IMG/VR virus record: IMGVR_UViG_3300004457_000145
Location: 1 to 52,590 of that record
Strand: one strand, 5' to 3'
Source: a virus
Taxonomy: Duplodnaviria > Caudoviricetes
DNA length: 52,590 nt
The notes below the pieces were generated by a model. It was not told the origin of the DNA, made no database searches, and was given only the letters and a program-made list of their open reading frames with translations. Shown piece after piece: positions 21,401 to 31,200 of the stretch. The translations under genes were made by a program, and so were the position numbers. Position 1 is the stretch's first letter; every line of letters starts with the position of its first letter.

Positions 21401-23711
21401 GAAGGTTACTAATGCTGGTGATAACTATGACACTGCTACTATTACTGTTGAGTCTCCAAGTCTACCTGGCGGTAGCAACGCGACAGGAACGGTCGTAGTA
21501 TCTGGTGGTCTGATCTACGATTCTACTATCACTCTTGCTGGTAGAGGATACACAGAACCACCTTCGATTGTTATTAGAGGCACAGGAATTGGTAACGGTG
21601 GAGCAGTTATCGAAGCAGAGATCGAAATTACAGAACCTGCTGTTAGAATGGGTGTTGCTACAGACACCACTGGTGTTGTTCCATCTACAACTCCAACCAA
21701 GTTCCACTTCGATTATCCTGTATATCTACAGAACAATACCGAGTATGCTCTGGTTGTTGAGACCGATTCTCAGGACTACAAAATCTGGGCGTCTAAGCTT
21801 GGTGAGACTGAAATCGCAACTAACACTACAGTTACTACTAACCCATCACTTGGTTCTGTCTATAAATCACAGAACACTGGTTCTTGGGTAGAGGATCTGT
21901 TTGAAGATATCAAGTTCACTTTGTATCGTGCTGAGTTTGATATCTCTTCCAATGCAACCATTGACATCACTAACCAGTCACTTGGTTATGAAAAGATGAT
22001 TGACAATCCTCTAGAGACATATGCATTTGCAAATGCGAATGCAACATCTGAGTTGTTTAAGAACAATAATAATGTCATCAAGGTCAACCATAAAAATCAT
22101 GGTTTTGAAGATGGTAAGTCATATGTATTCTTTAAGAATCTAGAGACTACTGCTGGATATACACAAGGATCACTGAATACTACTTTGTTCAGGGTATCTA
22201 ACTGTGGTATTGATACATTCTGTGTATCAGGAATTGGTAGAGCAGCAGACACAGTATTTGGTGGTGGTGCTAGTGGATTGATTACTTCTAATAAGAAGTA
22301 TGAGAGAGTTCTTGCACAGTTCTCATATATCCAGTCACCATCTACAAACATTGATACTACAATCAAGACAACTAATGTAGTTCCTGTTGACTCCAACACC
22401 AAGAACTATACTTCATACTCTGTTGCTAATTTTGAAAGAACATTCCTCAACGAAGAACAGTTCTTCATCAACCAGAAAGTTGTTGCATCAGAAATCAATA
22501 CTCTGCTCAATAACCTTGGTAATAGTCTTGTCTACCGACTAACACTTTCTTCTACTAAGACATATCTGTCTCCAATTCTCGATCTCAAGACATCTTCTAT
22601 CAAACTATCTTCCAACAGAGTCGAGAATGGTTCTGGTAAAGAAAACAGATATGGTAAGAGATTTCAAGTCATTGAGTTCTACCCTGTATACAGATTGACT
22701 CTAACTGGTAACCTAGACAGCAATAGCAATCCAATTGTAATTAACGCTGGTCAAACTGTTGAGGGTATTGGTAACGATTCCCAAAATATTGAGGCATCTG
22801 GTTCTCGTGGTGAAGTTGTTAGATACAGAACTTCAGATAATACTATCTTTGTTAAAGTTAAGAACAACAATGTTTTTAAAGCAAATGAGCAACTCTTCTT
22901 CTCCCTACAATCGCAAGAAAACGGTGTCTTGGAAGATAACACAGTTGTTGTAAGTGCTGCTGGAGCAATTAAAGTAAATCCTGATTTCTCCTTTGGTCAA
23001 CTAGTTACTGGTATCAATCCTTCTGATCCTACCAAAACTTATGACAATCTAATCAATGGAACTGTCCGTATTTGGGATGTTCCTTCTCAGACTCTAACTC
23101 TAGAGAATGATAAGCAACCAATTAATTCTGATTATGCTAGCACCAATGAATCTGGTTCCTTCATCAGAACTCAGCAAGTTGCTGATCAGTCTGCTGATAT
23201 CTTTAGAATTGGTGACCTTGTTTCTTGGTCAAACCTAGATGCAGGTGATGAGAAATATTATGAAATTAAGACTATGATATTCTCCGAGGGTGTAGATTTT
23301 GTTTCCGAAGATAGTGCAAAGGATACTTCCTCTATTGCTAAGTATGTTACTAAAGAAATTAGTCTTTCTCAAGGTGCAACTGCAATTGATGTTATCATCA
23401 CTGCGAACGTAACCGATAGCGAGAATATTCAACTCGCATACAAGACTAAGACTACTTCTATCCAGAAGAAGTTTGAGGATATTGAATGGCAGTTCTTTAA
23501 TGGAACTGGATTTGAAGATACTCCTAAACTTGCTACACCACAGAACACAATCTCTGCTCAGAAGGAAGAACAATCTGCCTATCAAGAGTTTAGATTTAGT
23601 ATTGATAACCTAGATGAGTTTACTTCATTCGGAGTTAAGATTTCGATGAAGACTGATGATCCATCTTATGTTCCCAAGGTTCAGGATATTAGGGTAGTAT
23701 CATCGACATGA
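15438..23711 (+). CDS. Large virion structural protein, VrlC/DUF4815-like (2757 aa)
   Basis: MPQNTNLNASPYFEDFD..FYKVLFRPG..VQARELTTLQ; APGAHRLKI; RYTMKDIGKL..RVERLEYYTSLSILE; NPLAQTF. Confidence 0.85.
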   Translation: MPQNTNLNASPYFEDFDPQKNFYKVLFRPGYAVQARELTTLQSVLQTQLENFGRNVFKQGDLVVPGEVGLNTRLNFVKLSSVSEVAISDDDGNITYQKYDIKTLVGLKVEGISSSVVATVVATEYGSDTESDTIYVNYLDSGSSGDEERFRQGETLEVVGGVNSPLLVVGTDGVSLPTSVTVTNPDTGVESFLDSPAMGYSSAVKVEEGIYFVNGYFVRNSEQLLIINKYYDQPSAKVGFKISESLVTPEQDSSLYDNARGFSNFSAPGAHRLKIDLQLVKYDYFALTDRNFIQLILVKSGVIQKQLKANDFSLVEAALARKTFDESGDYVVEPFPLQVREYYQQNDNLGFYTKDDNNLVNGLNPNVAEAKLVGTIGSGKAYIKGYEVKNKETKYIEIDKARDSLKRENQTLKTSGLTSFFITNVYGTTPLNSEGAELNAYPTVFLNSVYNDGSVGLNDTEADSDVKQTIDRRGQGYEVTDGIKTIYCSIEDTAFNADSFTDALLESTISKLWFIKTRSDSGNTNTYSYVDVLSFSKVRRPEIDGTGAATYLELTVKGNRGELDVFLLDYDLTDSINLVRELYKTEVEVQTRNSPLFVIRDYNESITPIVGLAKPKNIALKEVSPGFNKDTDKIVSKGKLTGGVEKYNSIFDFSFFAPEFFTRILLEETITGTEFTPGKYVYGAVSGAIAVIEGGTSATYSSINKLFVTMVTGVFSPGETILGEDGGTLKIAVENTVSHFICVKRGDSYNVGNPVISLDGVEYPRSAIEMVIQGSGAISRVFVKDRTAVTQVFSQPPVVEVGGVSPLPLNEATIVPVLFRNTVYTYSPKNVKSLYSAFGSGSKNKFSADVELERTGYTTTTAITDFTFSGTRGYKYIECNGFNGDASRNLIQGDTVLFSDVNGDVFKYVVQYATRPDGVKRSRIYLDRTLQADVVNASVVNQRPLVENPVGTLVFPTGDKQIKSLIDSSEDSKITYYFRRDFITTASSGSGNLTFAAQLPFGTQRFANFTQENFLITVLDPGVAIHNSELGADPVNDPPVLLPFTGTLKKGDVVYVDPSFVSIEQSDSNLTAGSVTINFPENYFGNIDQIRAALENRVANPEVGDPTFDVPAINFPTLKLTATLQVSKAKPRLKTSVENKQIIVQSGGTTIVPFRGQENGGETIQIVSYSDVYKLKYVYEGSVSAPPTVDAGGNLVSGTDVTDRYTFDNGQRDTFYDTARLVLKPGVSAPTGQLIISFDYFEHSQGDFCTIDSYLHEAGVTETEIPSFNSSVSGLVSLKDVIDFRPKVDNTNILPGYQDGSFLAQNEYLSFTATSGIPSSTPSDDLNLPWTVKYNKDQYLDRIDGVFLNTQGSFIVKKGNSSLNPSKPETLSDSIPLYYLYVPAYTDSFRDVRIVPVENKRYTMKDIGKLNQRVERLEYYTSLSILEQQALNMQVKDEIGLDRFKTGFYVDNFETHKGDVKSDDYACAIDSQQSVLRPQVSEESLLVKEVNTREDQRRVAGYVNNNGVLSLPFSNQRLLGNNFATKTINPNPFVVLQYVGDLSVNPSVDSWYDRNTVPLVTDNNTNLFVPFLAKSDISSAFSSLYNSFLVTWNGTERSFYNINGLSKTNDEIVAEEVTAASVASSSNISPQNNETPKGVSTKTSGGKSIVNSLQYFARSIPVKFTIRRLKPKTEVFVFLEGKKINRWVVPDIRFTGIAGNSLSTFNAPIITDANGNASGIVLIPAGKAPRQASQWTGDTETVSYDSSSEEIRITTGEKTLRFTSSSTNVDKETVESFAETKFYATGLLPENPVSIVSTKPAYFKSNEGTQLVSSNTEQEQKPNPLAQTFKVENYEGGVFATGVDMFINTKSDTIPLRVYLTDVNSEKPGKNVVPGTEVVVEPYTYLKVYVSDTVVILKDETISGESSNASGPVLKVLDKNNNELAISEDNEIVLTNEQVYTIVLDNNNGISFVPDERLKISSITTFNNANNTEITARIAKDSGVVSALKVTNAGDNYDTATITVESPSLPGGSNATGTVVVSGGLIYDSTITLAGRGYTEPPSIVIRGTGIGNGGAVIEAEIEITEPAVRMGVATDTTGVVPSTTPTKFHFDYPVYLQNNTEYALVVETDSQDYKIWASKLGETEIATNTTVTTNPSLGSVYKSQNTGSWVEDLFEDIKFTLYRAEFDISSNATIDITNQSLGYEKMIDNPLETYAFANANATSELFKNNNNVIKVNHKNHGFEDGKSYVFFKNLETTAGYTQGSLNTTLFRVSNCGIDTFCVSGIGRAADTVFGGGASGLITSNKKYERVLAQFSYIQSPSTNIDTTIKTTNVVPVDSNTKNYTSYSVANFERTFLNEEQFFINQKVVASEINTLLNNLGNSLVYRLTLSSTKTYLSPILDLKTSSIKLSSNRVENGSGKENRYGKRFQVIEFYPVYRLTLTGNLDSNSNPIVINAGQTVEGIGNDSQNIEASGSRGEVVRYRTSDNTIFVKVKNNNVFKANEQLFFSLQSQENGVLEDNTVVVSAAGAIKVNPDFSFGQLVTGINPSDPTKTYDNLINGTVRIWDVPSQTLTLENDKQPINSDYASTNESGSFIRTQQVADQSADIFRIGDLVSWSNLDAGDEKYYEIKTMIFSEGVDFVSEDSAKDTSSIAKYVTKEISLSQGATAIDVIITANVTDSENIQLAYKTKTTSIQKKFEDIEWQFFNGTGFEDTPKLATPQNTISAQKEEQSAYQEFRFSIDNLDEFTSFGVKISMKTDDPSYVPKVQDIRVVSST

Positions 23712-23890
23712 TAAAAGTCGAAGGGCACGAAAACTTATATCGAGACCCCAATACTGGGGCAATCGTTAGCAATGAGAAACCTCCAACAAAGGTTCTGCAC
23801 ACTGCCATAAATGACATAAATACTTTGAAGGCAGAATTATCTGAAATAAAACAACTCTTAAAAGAGATAGCACGCAATGGCAATTCTTAG
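23708..23890 (+). CDS. Small conserved hypothetical protein
   Basis: KVEGHENLYRDPNTGAI plus C-terminal coiled coil; overlaps both neighbouring genes. Confidence 0.8.
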   Translation: MIKVEGHENLYRDPNTGAIVSNEKPPTKVLHTAINDINTLKAELSEIKQLLKEIARNGNS

Positions 23891-26800
23891 AAACGTAGCT
23901 AAATCAGACACATTTGAGAAGCAACGACAAACTATCAACCAAGTAGCAGCAGATTTGTTTGCTATTGGTGGTGGTGGAAGCGATTTATCTACAGGACTTC
24001 TAAGATTAGGTGATGGAACCAGACTGGAACCATCACTTTCTTTTGTGAATGATAACTCTGTAGGTATTTTTAGACCAGGAACAAAGATACTAGCATTTGT
24101 ATCTGATGGAAAGAAACTCCACCAGATACAAAATGAATCCTCCCTGTATTACAGGAATGTTATTCTTCAGAAAAATGTTCTTGAGACTGGAGGATTGCAA
24201 ATCACTGCTGCTGGTCAAGACTACGATCCTGGAGCATTTCAGAATATTGCGGTCATCGGTGGAACTGGTCAAGCAGGATCTCTCAACATTACCGTTTCCG
24301 AATTTGATGGATCTACGGTATCAGGATCTGGATATACTGCACCATCTTCTGCTGGAGGAACTGGCGGATCAAATTTTTCTAATGTATCATTACAGGGTGG
24401 GAATGGTGCAGACATTGTTGTCACGATTGAATATGATGCAGGATCTACTGGATTTAGTTCTACATCAGTTACTGATTATGGAGATGGAAACTATCTACTT
24501 AACGATGTTCTAACTCTTCCAACTAGCGTCAATAATATTACGGCAACAGTTGTTGATGAGTCTAATGAACTTACAGTTGCAGATACTACTGGAATTCTTG
24601 AAGGATTTCTTGTAACAAAAGTATCAGGAACTGGTAACCTAGCGCCACCAATTGCTGGAGACATTACTGTAAGTCAAATTCTTGATGCTACTACAATCGT
24701 TGTTTCTAGTAATGGAGATGCAGATGGAAGTGCAGTATTTAACTTCGAGGCTCCATGGGGAACGGGAACTGGATATTCTTATACTATCGATAAACTAGGT
24801 GTTATAACTAATGTTTCTGTTAATCAAGAAGGTGAAGGATATAGTGTTGATGACGATTTAACTGTATTTAATTTAGATCTAACAAATCCAATTGAATACA
24901 TTGTAGATATTGAAGGTCTAATTAAGGCAACGTTTACAACTGCTGTTCCATCTGGAACTTTTGTTGTAGGAACTTCATATAACTTCAGTAGAGCAGATCC
25001 CTTTGGTGGAGCACCAACTACAATTGCTGCAGTAGCAGAAGAAGTAGTAACATCTGGAGGATCAATTACACTAGTAACTTTCTCTGTTGGTGGAACTGAT
25101 TCTCTTTCTGGCGATGACACTATTGGTGGTCTTACAATAGACACCACTGAGAATGTAAATAGGTATACGATTGATACTGGTGATGGTGTTCCTACTAGAT
25201 ATCCAAATCTATCTTTGTTTGTTAATAATACATACAAATTTGATTACTCTGCTGCTGGAAGTCATCCATTTAGATTCTCTGTTCACCCACGAGGAACTCA
25301 CAATACTATTGAAGATAGTGTAACTGTTACTGAGGGATCTTTAACAATAACACTTACCGATGCTTCCAATGTTTTACCTGGAATGACGGTAGAAAGAGGA
25401 GAGGGTGGAGAGATTACTGATACTGGGGATGTTTCAGCAGATACTACTGTAGTATCAGTTAATGGAAATGTTATTACTATTAACGAACCTATAACATCAA
25501 GTGGTCCAATGCCACTCTTGATTAAAGGTGTTGAATACACTGGGGGAGAGGTAGTATATGAGAATGACTATACTAATATTCAACCAACAGATTCTACTCC
25601 TACACTTTATTATTATTGTGCTCAGCATCCAAATATGTCTGGTGTTGATGCCACTACTGGTCAGATCACTATTGATCCAAACAATCCAAAAACGTTTGGT
25701 TCTGGACTAAACATTTTAGTAACTTCTATTGTTTCATCAGATAATATTACTTTAGATGTAAGTTCTGGTAACGTTGAGGCTATTTCACTTAGCACAGAAA
25801 ATGCAGATATCACTACGGTAAATTCTACTGATGTATTTGCAAATAATTTTACTGCATCAGTAGAAGTAAATACAGATACTGTTACTTCTCCTGGTGGTTT
25901 GCTACTGCAGTCTACTGGTCTTACAAGTCCAGTAAACATTAAAGGTCAAAAAGTATCTTTCGTTCCTCCAACTGAAAATGCTATTGCATTGTTGGAAGTT
26001 ACTACAGATACTGGAGATCTCACAACTACAGGAACTATTAAAACTACGGGGACTATCAACTCATCTGATATCCTTAAGATTGAAAATGCTAATATTTTCA
26101 CTACAGGAACTAATGATTTAACTTTGACTCCTGCTCCTAACAGAGTTGTTAAGGTTGATGGAGTTACTGCTCTTATCATTCCTGCTGGAAATACTGGAGC
26201 AAGACCTGGAGCAGGAATTGTAGAAAATGGTGCTATCAGATATAACACCCAGACTACTCAGTATGAAGGTTACAGTTCTGCAACTTCATCATGGTCTTCT
26301 CTTGGTGGTATTAGAGACCTTGATGGTAATACATATGTAACTGCAGAAGAAAGTGTAGGAGCAAACGATGATACTTTCTACTTCTATAACGGCAATTCAA
26401 ACACTCTTAAAATTACTCCAACGAAATTTAAGTTTGAAGAATTAAAGCAGATTGCATCTCTTAATACATCTGCTCCAGCATATAGTGAATGGTTCTCCAA
26501 CACACCTGTATCTCTTGGTTCTTATCTAAAGCATAGAAACAATATTTACGAAGTAACTCTTGCTGGTGTTACTGCTACCGATGGAAACGCTCCAACGCAT
26601 ACTGCTGGCACACTTCCAAATAATACAGCAGAACTTACATATTCCACAACTGCTGTAGCAAACCTCTTATTCCAAGAAATTAATGAGGTCCAGATTGATC
26701 CGTTTGGTGACACATATCTTACTATTAGTGGAGATTTGCGTCTTCGTAATAACATCATTTCAACAGACATTAATGACTTAACTCTTCAACCAAATGCTGG

Positions 26801-27713
26801 CAAGAAAGTAGTTGTTGATTCTACTAGCACATTAGTTCTTCCTGTCGGTGATGATAATGAAAGAGGATCACCTGTTACAGGATCTATTAGATTCAACACA
26901 TCTTCAAGTCAATTTGAAGGTTATGACGATAATGGTAACTGGGGTTCTCTTGGAGGCGTCAAGGACGTTGATCAAAATACTTACATTATTCCCGAGACTT
27001 CTCCAGGTGCAAATGAAAATATTTTATATTTTTATAATGATAACACCAACACGATGCAACTTAGCACTGCATCTCTAGACCTGACTAATATTGATACCAT
27101 TACATCAATTAATAATACAAGTCTTGCTCTTGAGTTCACTCGACTAACTGTTGATAACAATGAGTTTGTTCTAGATAATACGGTAGCAGATAGAACATTT
27201 ATTTACAATACTAGACAATACCTACAGTTTGGTATGTCTGGTGGTCTGACTGTAGACCCAATTCTCACTATTGAAGATAGTGGAGATATTTTCTATAATA
27301 CCGCATTCGGAACTGGTAATGAAGAAAACCTAAAAATATTAAATAATGATCTAACTGAATTTGAAATTAGAGATTACAAAGTTCTCACATCTAAGTTTGA
27401 TCTTGTAAAAGGAACTTCAGAAAATGGTTCTGCTCTTCTATACAATAAAACAGATCACAAAGGATGTAAAGTTCTTGTGTTTATGGAGAATGCTTTGTCT
27501 AACAAATCTTCCATGATGGAGTTTAGTGTTATTGATAATGGCACTGACATTTTCTATAATGAATATGGAAGTTTAAACTCCAACGAAGATGGTGCCATAG
27601 CAGAATTTGACTTTGACATTGAAGGCAACGCTAGAATTTCTTTAACATTAACAAATGATCATTCCGCTGCTGACACCGTTAAGTTCACTGTAGTCTCTCA
27701 AATCGTAAAGTAA
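23877..27713 (+). CDS. Tail fibre / virion structural protein (1278 aa)
   Basis: N-terminal LRNVAKSDTFEKQRQTIN fibre-type head; two GxIR(Y/F)N..(Y/F)EGY..WxSLGG modules; Thr/Gly/Ser-rich; cupredoxin-like motif. Confidence 0.8.
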   Translation: MAILRNVAKSDTFEKQRQTINQVAADLFAIGGGGSDLSTGLLRLGDGTRLEPSLSFVNDNSVGIFRPGTKILAFVSDGKKLHQIQNESSLYYRNVILQKNVLETGGLQITAAGQDYDPGAFQNIAVIGGTGQAGSLNITVSEFDGSTVSGSGYTAPSSAGGTGGSNFSNVSLQGGNGADIVVTIEYDAGSTGFSSTSVTDYGDGNYLLNDVLTLPTSVNNITATVVDESNELTVADTTGILEGFLVTKVSGTGNLAPPIAGDITVSQILDATTIVVSSNGDADGSAVFNFEAPWGTGTGYSYTIDKLGVITNVSVNQEGEGYSVDDDLTVFNLDLTNPIEYIVDIEGLIKATFTTAVPSGTFVVGTSYNFSRADPFGGAPTTIAAVAEEVVTSGGSITLVTFSVGGTDSLSGDDTIGGLTIDTTENVNRYTIDTGDGVPTRYPNLSLFVNNTYKFDYSAAGSHPFRFSVHPRGTHNTIEDSVTVTEGSLTITLTDASNVLPGMTVERGEGGEITDTGDVSADTTVVSVNGNVITINEPITSSGPMPLLIKGVEYTGGEVVYENDYTNIQPTDSTPTLYYYCAQHPNMSGVDATTGQITIDPNNPKTFGSGLNILVTSIVSSDNITLDVSSGNVEAISLSTENADITTVNSTDVFANNFTASVEVNTDTVTSPGGLLLQSTGLTSPVNIKGQKVSFVPPTENAIALLEVTTDTGDLTTTGTIKTTGTINSSDILKIENANIFTTGTNDLTLTPAPNRVVKVDGVTALIIPAGNTGARPGAGIVENGAIRYNTQTTQYEGYSSATSSWSSLGGIRDLDGNTYVTAEESVGANDDTFYFYNGNSNTLKITPTKFKFEELKQIASLNTSAPAYSEWFSNTPVSLGSYLKHRNNIYEVTLAGVTATDGNAPTHTAGTLPNNTAELTYSTTAVANLLFQEINEVQIDPFGDTYLTISGDLRLRNNIISTDINDLTLQPNAGKKVVVDSTSTLVLPVGDDNERGSPVTGSIRFNTSSSQFEGYDDNGNWGSLGGVKDVDQNTYIIPETSPGANENILYFYNDNTNTMQLSTASLDLTNIDTITSINNTSLALEFTRLTVDNNEFVLDNTVADRTFIYNTRQYLQFGMSGGLTVDPILTIEDSGDIFYNTAFGTGNEENLKILNNDLTEFEIRDYKVLTSKFDLVKGTSENGSALLYNKTDHKGCKVLVFMENALSNKSSMMEFSVIDNGTDIFYNEYGSLNSNEDGAIAEFDFDIEGNARISLTLTNDHSAADTVKFTVVSQIVK

Positions 27714-27714
27714 A

Positions 27715-28224
27715 ATGGCATCTAACATCCAAGAATTTGATTCTAAGCATGGGTTTTCTGTTGATCAGACAACCGTAGTTGATAGTTTTCGTAATGCAAA
27801 AGATATTAATACCTTAGAAATTAAGAATAGAAATTATGATGATAGTTTTGCTTCTTATTATATTCTTAGAGGGTTAAATACTTCGATTCTCGCACTTGAT
27901 GATACAGGATCTCAAATTATTCTCCCAAGTAATAGTGTAAGTTTTATTACTGGGACAATTCTTGCAGTGAATGAAGTTGGCACAGCAGTTTATCATGCGA
28001 AATTAGAATCATCTGCACAAACAGATTTTGGTGGAGTTTCCACAATGTTGTCTAGTATGACAACTGTCATTAGAGATAGTATTCCTACTGGTCAGACATG
28101 GAATATTACTCCTTTTGTTGGTGGAGGATCGAATAGATTCAGTTATTCTACAACAAGAGCTGGAACAACCCTTGGAATTAAATGGGTTGTATATGCTAAG
28201 GTAGTAAATATTGAGTTCCAATGA
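27715..28224 (+). CDS. Hypothetical virion structural protein
   Basis: 169-aa beta-rich ORF starting 2 nt after the fibre stop codon. Confidence 0.75.
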   Translation: MASNIQEFDSKHGFSVDQTTVVDSFRNAKDINTLEIKNRNYDDSFASYYILRGLNTSILALDDTGSQIILPSNSVSFITGTILAVNEVGTAVYHAKLESSAQTDFGGVSTMLSSMTTVIRDSIPTGQTWNITPFVGGGSNRFSYSTTRAGTTLGIKWVVYAKVVNIEFQ

Positions 28225-28226
28225 TG

Positions 28227-28233
28227 CTAAATA
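28227..28233 (+). promoter_or_regulatory. T4-like late promoter CTAAATA
   Basis: Intergenic, about 35 nt upstream of the 3495-aa gene. Confidence 0.7.
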
Positions 28234-28268
28234 AGGTAGGAGAAATTGCAGGCGGAGCTCAGTAGAAC

Positions 28269-31200
28269 ATGAGTTTTAACATTAATTCCGACAAGGAGTT
28301 TATTAAGGCGTCCAAACCTCAGATTATCGGCACAGCAGAATTTGCTATTAAGTCTGGTGTCGGTGTAGACGAAAAAGAAGTTATCAGGGCTCTTCTGGAT
28401 TCAGAAGAGAAGTTACCTCGTGTAGGTATCAATAGGACTGGACAAAGAGTCAATAATATTACTGTATTAACAGGAGGTTCTGGATACACTATTAGACCAA
28501 CTGTTACAGTTTCTCCTCCTCCAGCTGGCGTTGAGGGTGCTATTCAAGCACTTGCGTCCTCCTTTATCTTTAATGGTAGAGTCTCCAGTATTGCTATCAA
28601 TAATCCTGGTAAAGGATATAGCGAACCTCCTACTGTAACTATTACTGGTGGTAATGGTGCTGGTGCTACCGCCGAAGCATTTCTAGATACTGTTGATTTT
28701 GAACTAGACATCAACGGTGCTATTAGAACTTCTACGTCTATCATTTCTGATACGGCGAGAATTCTCAACCTGGATATCGATAACTTCGTTACTCCAGATG
28801 CTAACTTCAGGGGTCCAAACCTGAAGAACTACATGAACAATACTGGAACCATTTGGTCCGCTAATGTTATTGTTCAAAAAGACTCGTATAGATATTTTGG
28901 TTCAAATGTATACCAGGCAATAAATGCTGGTCAGACAGGTGACTTTGCTCCTGAGCATCTTGACGGAATTGTGCTCAATGGCGAAGTCCAATTAAAGCAT
29001 ATTGGTTTCCGTGTAGTTGATTCTACTGAGTTTGGATATAATGAAACTGGAGAGGCAGGTATCTTCCCAAGATCTATTACACCTTTGCTTGGTGATAGGT
29101 CCGATAAAATTGCTACTACTGAATACGTTCTTAATCTGGCAACCAATGACGTTGGTGGCAGAATCTATGTTTCGTCTCAAATTGGTTCTGACCTGAACGA
29201 TGGTCGTTCAGCAGTTAACCCAGTTAGAACAGTTAAAAGGGCAGCACAACTTGCATGGGAAACTGTTGGTGTTAAAGAAACACTGATTGTTTCTGGTGGT
29301 GACTATGTAGAAGACAACCCTATCTCTCTTCCACCTGATGCATCAGTTGTTGGTGATAACCTTCGTCTTGTAATTATCAGACCTAATAATCCTGGTAAGC
29401 ACATCTTTAAGTTTGGTGATAAAAACTATGTTACTGGCGTAACTTATAGAGATAAAGTTGATGCCAACGGAGACTCCGTTGCAACATGGGACTTTGCCAT
29501 GGTGTTTGACGATAAGCAAAGAATTCTTATCGACAAAGAAGCTAATGGAGATTTTGGAGTAAACTTCCCGACTGGTCATCAAGTATTTGGACCTTCAAAA
29601 TTCCAAATTAATTTTCAAAATAATAGCGGTCTTGCTCAACTAGCAAGCGGACTAGAAGCGATTGGTGTTAACACTGGCGCTAGAGGCGATATTTCTAATG
29701 TTAGGTTTGATAACCTTACTGGAAACAATGCATACCGAAATGGTAAACTTGACATTGTTATTACCAGTGGTTCGTTCCTATCTGGTGAAGGTTTTAGATA
29801 TCTAATCAATGGAACTCAAGGGGTATCTCTAGATAGTTCATCAGGAACAACTAGAGCAAATGCTCTAGACAACACAATTTTGATGTCTACTGACCCTACT
29901 CTCAGTAACATCATTCCAGGTGGATACGTATATCTTGATGGAACATCGAATGCTCTTGTAGGAAATGGTTTCTATGAAGTTCTACAAATTGATGATGATA
30001 GTGCTCCTGAATACTATGTAACTGTTGCTCCCATTCTAGGTTCTGTTGGATGGAGAGAAGAACTAGCAGGAACCATTGATATTTACGCTGCATCTGTAAA
30101 CGAAGGTGCATTCGATTCTACTAGTATCGATTCAATCCGTTCTGAGGGTGAAGTAGTTTATACTACAGAAGATTTTGATACCCCACTTCCTCTTTCTAGA
30201 ATTGATTTTACTCTGCAGGGAACTTTTAATGATGGTTTCCAAAATGAAGTATTTGGAGATGCAGAAGATCTGGGTGGAATTGTATTCTATACAAACGCAC
30301 TTGTCGGTAGAGAAAATACTCACGATTTCAAAGAAGGAGAAGAAATTTTAATTGAAGGTCTTCCTACAGTTTCTCCTGACCTTTCATTCTTGAATGGTTT
30401 TCAAAGAATCTATAAGGTTATTGAAGATCCTGATGGTCGTGCAAGACGTTTTGTTATTCCCAAGAAAGTTGATGCTGCTCTTGGATTAAACAGTAATAAT
30501 AATTTTGATCCTGGTCAGTTTGCTACTGTTAAATCTGCGACAAGAAGTGTTACTCTATCCCTTCTCAACTCGCCAAACACATTCCCTCTAGCAACTCCCG
30601 TTGATAGAAGGTTCCAAGATGCTGTCACATTCATTAGAAATAATAGAGATTTTATTTCGGATGAAGTTGTTGGAAGAATCAACGATGAGTTCAAGAAAGA
30701 ATACTACTCTGTCTATAATATTGCAGGAACTGCATCAAGCCAATTTACTCCTACAGATGTAAGTTATAATCCTGCTACAGGAGATTCAGTATTTACTGTT
30801 GCTAATCATGGTCTTGTAGCAGGCGATGGTGTCAGAATCGATGATGATTCGGTTGTGTTCACTTGTGCCATGGATGGCAATGCGACTGAGCATAGTGCTC
30901 CACAATCTCATCATTATTCAAGTGGAAAAACTCTACCTATCACGGCAAGCACAACAAATACATTTACTGTAAATGTAGGTGCTTCTGGACCAGATCAACA
31001 ATATACTCCATCCAATGCAACTTATAATCCAGCTACGGGTGACATGGTTCTCACCATTGGAACTCATGGATTGAGTATTGGAGAAGGTGTTGTTATTGAC
31101 GACAATTCTCTTTCATTCACATGTCAGATGGATGGTTTTGATACCGCCAAGACATATCCACGTCCAGGAATCGATCCATTTGCTGGAAGATCTATTCCCA

